DNA from: a virus
IMG/VR virus record: IMGVR_UViG_3300032132_000001
Location: 106,573-170,572 of that record
DNA: 64,000 nucleotides
Reading direction: 5' to 3' (one strand)
Made by a program: the position numbers and the translations under genes. The notes under the pieces were generated by a model. The model was not told the origin of the DNA. It made no database searches and saw only the letters and a program-made list of their open reading frames with translations. This document shows positions 60,670 through 64,000 of this stretch, piece after piece (positions within the stretch are counted from its first letter, which is position 1; the number at the start of each line of letters is the position of its first letter).

Positions 60670-62156
60670 ATCGTCACCTGTAACATGTTTCCGCCACGGC
60701 TGGGTGACAGGAAGCGGTCAAAGCTCAACCCCCACTTCAGCGGATCCATGTCGTGGATCCCGAGCGCGAAGCACACCACGCTCCCGCCTGCGCTGCCCCG
60801 AGCAGGACCAATAGGCCAACCTGAATCGCGGGAGAATTTCACCAGCTCTTCTGTGATCAAGAAGTATGAAGCGAACCCCTTGTCAATGAACCGCTTTAGT
60901 TCGATCTCTGTCTGCTCTAAGTGGGTTACCATTCGGTTGTCGATTTCGTACTTCTTCTCTGAGTTTAGAATACCTCTCCACTCTAGACCTTTCATTGTCT
61001 GCGCTCGCAGACGTTCATTGGCGTCTGCGATTTCAGGAAGCTTTGGGTCTAGGTCAGGATCGAATGTCTGACACATCCCTGCGACCATCAGAGTGTTTTC
61101 ACAGCTTGTTTCGAAGTCTGTCAATGTCGAATGCTGATCATACCCACCCTCTAGGTAGGTCTGTCTGAGTTGTGCTCGCGTCTTCATGAACTGGTTGTCA
61201 GAGTTGACGTGAAAAAGCTGGTCTTCCCATCCGTCCTTGCTCAAGTCCACACCCTGAGAGATCGCCATCATTGTCAGCTGAAGCTGGAAGTCGCGACGTT
61301 CCAAATAGTGTACATCGTTCGTGAGGACGCTTGGAATCTTCCGCTTCTTACTCATCCTATTCAGATGCCAGAAGATCTGTTGCTGGTTGGGGATGTCTGG
61401 GCCTGGCATCTGGAGTTCGATGAAGTAATGGTCGCCGAAGATCTCTCGGAAACGATCTACTAACGCATTCGCGTTGTGCCAGAATTCCTTGATTTTAGCT
61501 GGCTTCTTGTCCCTTATTGATTCTTCCATTCTCCAGAATTCATGTGCCACTGGACCGTTGAGGCAACCGGAAAGGACAATTAGACCTTCCCGATGCTCAT
61601 CCAACTTGTCCAGCCAGATCCTGGGCTTGTTGATGAAAGTATGCTGCCAAGCCTGGGATGTCAGCTGAATCAGGTTCTTATATCCGACCATATCCTTGGC
61701 AAGCACTGTGAGGTGCCGGTTGCGCCTGAATCTTGCTGCGAGGTCGGGCTCTTCTTCTTTGAAGGCTTGCAGTTTGTCTGGTAGCTCTACCGTTTCTCCA
61801 CCGCGCAGGTACGGATGTGGCAGGACTACCGGTTCTCCAGCGCGTCTCGCTTCATTCGCGTGATAGTAATCGCAGTAGTAGATCTCACAGCCTGGTATGA
61901 ACTTGATATCATGAGCCTTTGCGGCCCAGTATGCATCGGGAAAAGAAGAAAGCTGGCCGTGGTCCGTAATAGCCATGGCCGGCATCTCAAACTCTGCACA
62001 CCGTTCGAAGAGCGCATCGGGAGTCGCGACACCATCGAGCGGACTGAAAATGGTATGCAAATGGAGATGTGCGAAACCGGTTGGACCTGGATATTGTTCA
62101 GCTGCTTTCGCAGCTTCGGTTTTGGCTATGCTTTCGGTCATCGTAGGTCCTAACAA
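60666..62156 (-). CDS. dnaE: DNA polymerase III alpha (DnaE-type) N-terminal fragment: PHP domain to just before the catalytic aspartates
   Basis: HLHLHTIFSPLDG PHP motif. C-terminus GPARGSAGGSVVCFALGIHDMDPLKWGLSFDRFLSPSR ~ E. coli [38 protein letters not shown]. Confidence 0.75.
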   Translation of the reverse strand: MLGPTMTESIAKTEAAKAAEQYPGPTGFAHLHLHTIFSPLDGVATPDALFERCAEFEMPAMAITDHGQLSSFPDAYWAAKAHDIKFIPGCEIYYCDYYHANEARRAGEPVVLPHPYLRGGETVELPDKLQAFKEEEPDLAARFRRNRHLTVLAKDMVGYKNLIQLTSQAWQHTFINKPRIWLDKLDEHREGLIVLSGCLNGPVAHEFWRMEESIRDKKPAKIKEFWHNANALVDRFREIFGDHYFIELQMPGPDIPNQQQIFWHLNRMSKKRKIPSVLTNDVHYLERRDFQLQLTMMAISQGVDLSKDGWEDQLFHVNSDNQFMKTRAQLRQTYLEGGYDQHSTLTDFETSCENTLMVAGMCQTFDPDLDPKLPEIADANERLRAQTMKGLEWRGILNSEKKYEIDNRMVTHLEQTEIELKRFIDKGFASYFLITEELVKFSRDSGWPIGPARGSAGGSVVCFALGIHDMDPLKWGLSFDRFLSPSRGGNMLQVTM

Positions 62157-62170
62157 GAATTCGGCGCGCG

Positions 62171-62198
62171 ACCCGCCCGGATCGCGCGCCTTGATACC
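62171..62198. promoter_or_regulatory. GC-rich stem-loop GGCGCGCGA-cccgcccgga-TCGCGCGCC in a divergent intergenic region
   Basis: 9-bp perfect inverted repeat between the dnaE N-fragment start and plus gene 62249. Confidence 0.3.
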
Positions 62199-62248
62199 CT
62201 TTGATGCCCGTTAGATACTGACACAGCCCGCTTATCAAAATATACTGT

Positions 62249-62692
62249 ATGAAGCTCTCCTTAATTCATACAGCACCTCCAGACCTTTTACTGGAAGAAG
62301 AACTCTTACTAGAGAACTTCTTATCAGATATATACGATAAAGCTGTTGGCTGGATGAAAGCAGGGAAAGAGATCGGCAAAGAGCATGTCATGCCCAAGGT
62401 ACGATCTGCCCAGGAGATGGTCCAGAAGTTCAAACAGAAAGTTACCGACTTTAATAATGATCCGAGGGTCCAGAAAGCGAAGGAAATCGCTGATTGGATC
62501 ACTTCCAAAAAACTGGCAGCCAATTGGCAGGACCGGCTTGCCAACGCTGGTCGATTCTTCTCTTTCTATGTTATTATCGCATTCTCGTCTTTGGTAACAG
62601 GCGCGGGTGCAGGGATTATTACCCCACTAATAGCTGCACTGGTCATCCACTTCATCTATAAGAAGGGACTGACCATGATGCCTTCAGAGTAG
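62249..62692 (+). CDS. hypothetical protein with C-terminal TM helices
   Basis: 147-aa ORF. Confidence 0.4.
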   Translation: MKLSLIHTAPPDLLLEEELLLENFLSDIYDKAVGWMKAGKEIGKEHVMPKVRSAQEMVQKFKQKVTDFNNDPRVQKAKEIADWITSKKLAANWQDRLANAGRFFSFYVIIAFSSLVTGAGAGIITPLIAALVIHFIYKKGLTMMPSE

Positions 62693-63085
62693 CATCTCGA
62701 AAGCTTTCCGCACAGCCGCAGCTTCTCTCGTCTCGTAACTCACACAGCAATATGGCCTGATGGCTGTGTCTATTACCATATCCCATACTTCAGGATATGG
62801 TAAGGTATCGAGGATTAGGAGGTACTCTCTCGGAACTCTAGTGCGGGGACCTATATGTCTAAGATCCCCAGGTTTCCCCTGAGCAGACACTGATACTTCC
62901 AGTATCACCACTGCTCCTTCTGGGACAAAATCTGGATCAGCAGGCTCTATACTCTCGCAGGTCCACAACCCAGGATCGTATGGGGCATCGTAATCTTGGG
63001 ATTCTTCGTAGGCATGCATTCGCTTGGCGAACTGGTAGCTAAGCGGTCGGTGGATCTTCATCGCTTTTCTCGTTCTACATCCCAA
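62684..63085 (-). CDS. hypothetical protein
   Basis: 133-aa ORF. Confidence 0.35.
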   Translation of the reverse strand: MGCRTRKAMKIHRPLSYQFAKRMHAYEESQDYDAPYDPGLWTCESIEPADPDFVPEGAVVILEVSVSAQGKPGDLRHIGPRTRVPREYLLILDTLPYPEVWDMVIDTAIRPYCCVSYETREAAAVRKAFEMLL

Positions 63086-63402
63086 TTCGCCGGCATAAAT
63101 TCTGGAGTGAGAATGTCGAGGAAGTGCTGTCGCCAGAGGAGAACCAGAGCCCGAATGCCCATCTTCTCAAGGATCGCCTCTCCGAACCGCTTAGAGTCCT
63201 CATCCTCGATAAGGTACTCAAGAGAAGAAATCTCTTCAAGCACATGCTGCGTTACATTCTCGATCCCCGTCAGTTCCATGATCACCATAATCATGTCATC
63301 TTGGCGTTCTGGTGGGATCTTCTCACTATGACGCAGCAGAGTGCTTGCAAAAGCTCGCACTTTTAGGACGTCTTTGTCGATATATCGACCTACACCCATC
63401 AA
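63058..63402 (-). CDS. hypothetical protein
   Basis: 114-aa ORF. Confidence 0.35.
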   Translation of the reverse strand: MMGVGRYIDKDVLKVRAFASTLLRHSEKIPPERQDDMIMVIMELTGIENVTQHVLEEISSLEYLIEDEDSKRFGEAILEKMGIRALVLLWRQHFLDILTPEFMPANWDVEREKR

Positions 63403-63477
63403 AGGGACATCATATTCCTTTGATAATTCTTTACGTAGGTCCCAAGCATGATCCTCATACTCACTATGACACTCAAG

Positions 63478-63819
63478 TCACAATGGCACAATATCATGAT
63501 AAGAATGTTGCTTTTGCTCCATCGGAAAGAATTTCCGGAAGCAATATGGGACAATATGGTGTCGAGATAAAAACTCCTCGGCACCGCAATTTACGCATCG
63601 GTTGACGAATTCCTGAGAGTAATATTCGTCACCGGCATGTCCTGGCCCGTTAGGCTCGAATATCAACCGTATAGTCTGGGGGTCATCACAGACTTGGGTC
63701 GCCAAGCCCTTCTTAAGGTACCAGTTGACCTTGCGTTGGCTTACCTTGCAAAGGAAAGTCCCATCAGGACCCTCCATTATGCAGTTGCTGTACAGGTCCT
63801 TGGATAGGTGCCGTTGCAT
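63478..63819 (-). CDS. hypothetical Cys/His-rich protein
   Basis: 113-aa ORF. Confidence 0.35.
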   Translation of the reverse strand: MQRHLSKDLYSNCIMEGPDGTFLCKVSQRKVNWYLKKGLATQVCDDPQTIRLIFEPNGPGHAGDEYYSQEFVNRCVNCGAEEFLSRHHIVPYCFRKFFPMEQKQHSYHDIVPL

Positions 63820-63822
63820 AAC

Positions 63823-64000
63823 TATTCTTCCGGAAGACGTGCTCCTGCCTCTGCGTCGAGCATCATGAGGCCAGTTGCGGTATCAGCACGGGCTGTACGT
63901 TCCAGCCACTCTTGAGCCAAAGCTTCTTCCTCGACTTGCTCGGTGACGAACCAGTCAAGCTCGCGCTGTAGTGCGAGATCCTCAACTTCGACTGCACGCT
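63823..64000 (-). CDS. partial CDS running off the window end
   Basis: Open minus-strand frame with no start inside the window. Confidence 0.25.

Noticed and set aside
60666-62156. Possible intein at the DnaE split point.
   Set aside because: The N-fragment ends ...SPSRGGNMLQVTM-stop with no Cys/Ser+1. No HNH/LAGLIDADG or C-terminal HN/Asn block is present. The flanking segment is duplicated, which inteins do not produce.

Overview
This window reads as a segment of a large, tRNA-rich dsDNA phage genome (jumbo/T4-like style; gene-dense, many overlapping ATGA/CATG junctions).

Layout:
- 1-7000: accessory region. It holds two proteins with a shared N-terminal leader motif, a DxD glycosyltransferase, several lipoproteins, a patatin-like phospholipase, and a complete p20+p10 metacaspase.
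- 7200-29000: tRNA island, all + strand, with about 21 canonical tRNAs plus 3-4 atypical tRNA-like elements. Interleaved are small ORFs, an Rnl2-type RNA ligase, HAD phosphatases, a dual-specificity phosphatase, a ribosome-recycling-factor homolog, an AAA+ ATPase, a DUF5131 protein, and a bifunctional NMNAT-Nudix/NAMPT NAD+ salvage pair.
- 26500-36300: sugar-nucleotide and glycosylation genes (class V aminotransferase, RmlC-like cupin, sugar-1-P nucleotidylyltransferase, a tandem-GT2 protein). HNH endonucleases and a NADAR domain protein are interspersed.
- 37400-62200 (mostly - strand): replication/recombination module. It contains a T4 gp32-like SSB, a flap endonuclease, a minimal family-A polymerase domain, a DnaB-like helicase, a bacterial-type RecA, a family-4 UDG, and a DnaE-type polymerase split into two ORFs around an inserted RNase-H-like cassette.

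Most interesting signals:
- a conserved ~20-aa N-terminal peptide on four unrelated proteins;
- the split DnaE;
- in-frame stop codons inside otherwise intact RRF and SLOG/DUF2493 homologs;
- a double-glycine leader peptide gene;
- non-canonical tRNA-like elements.
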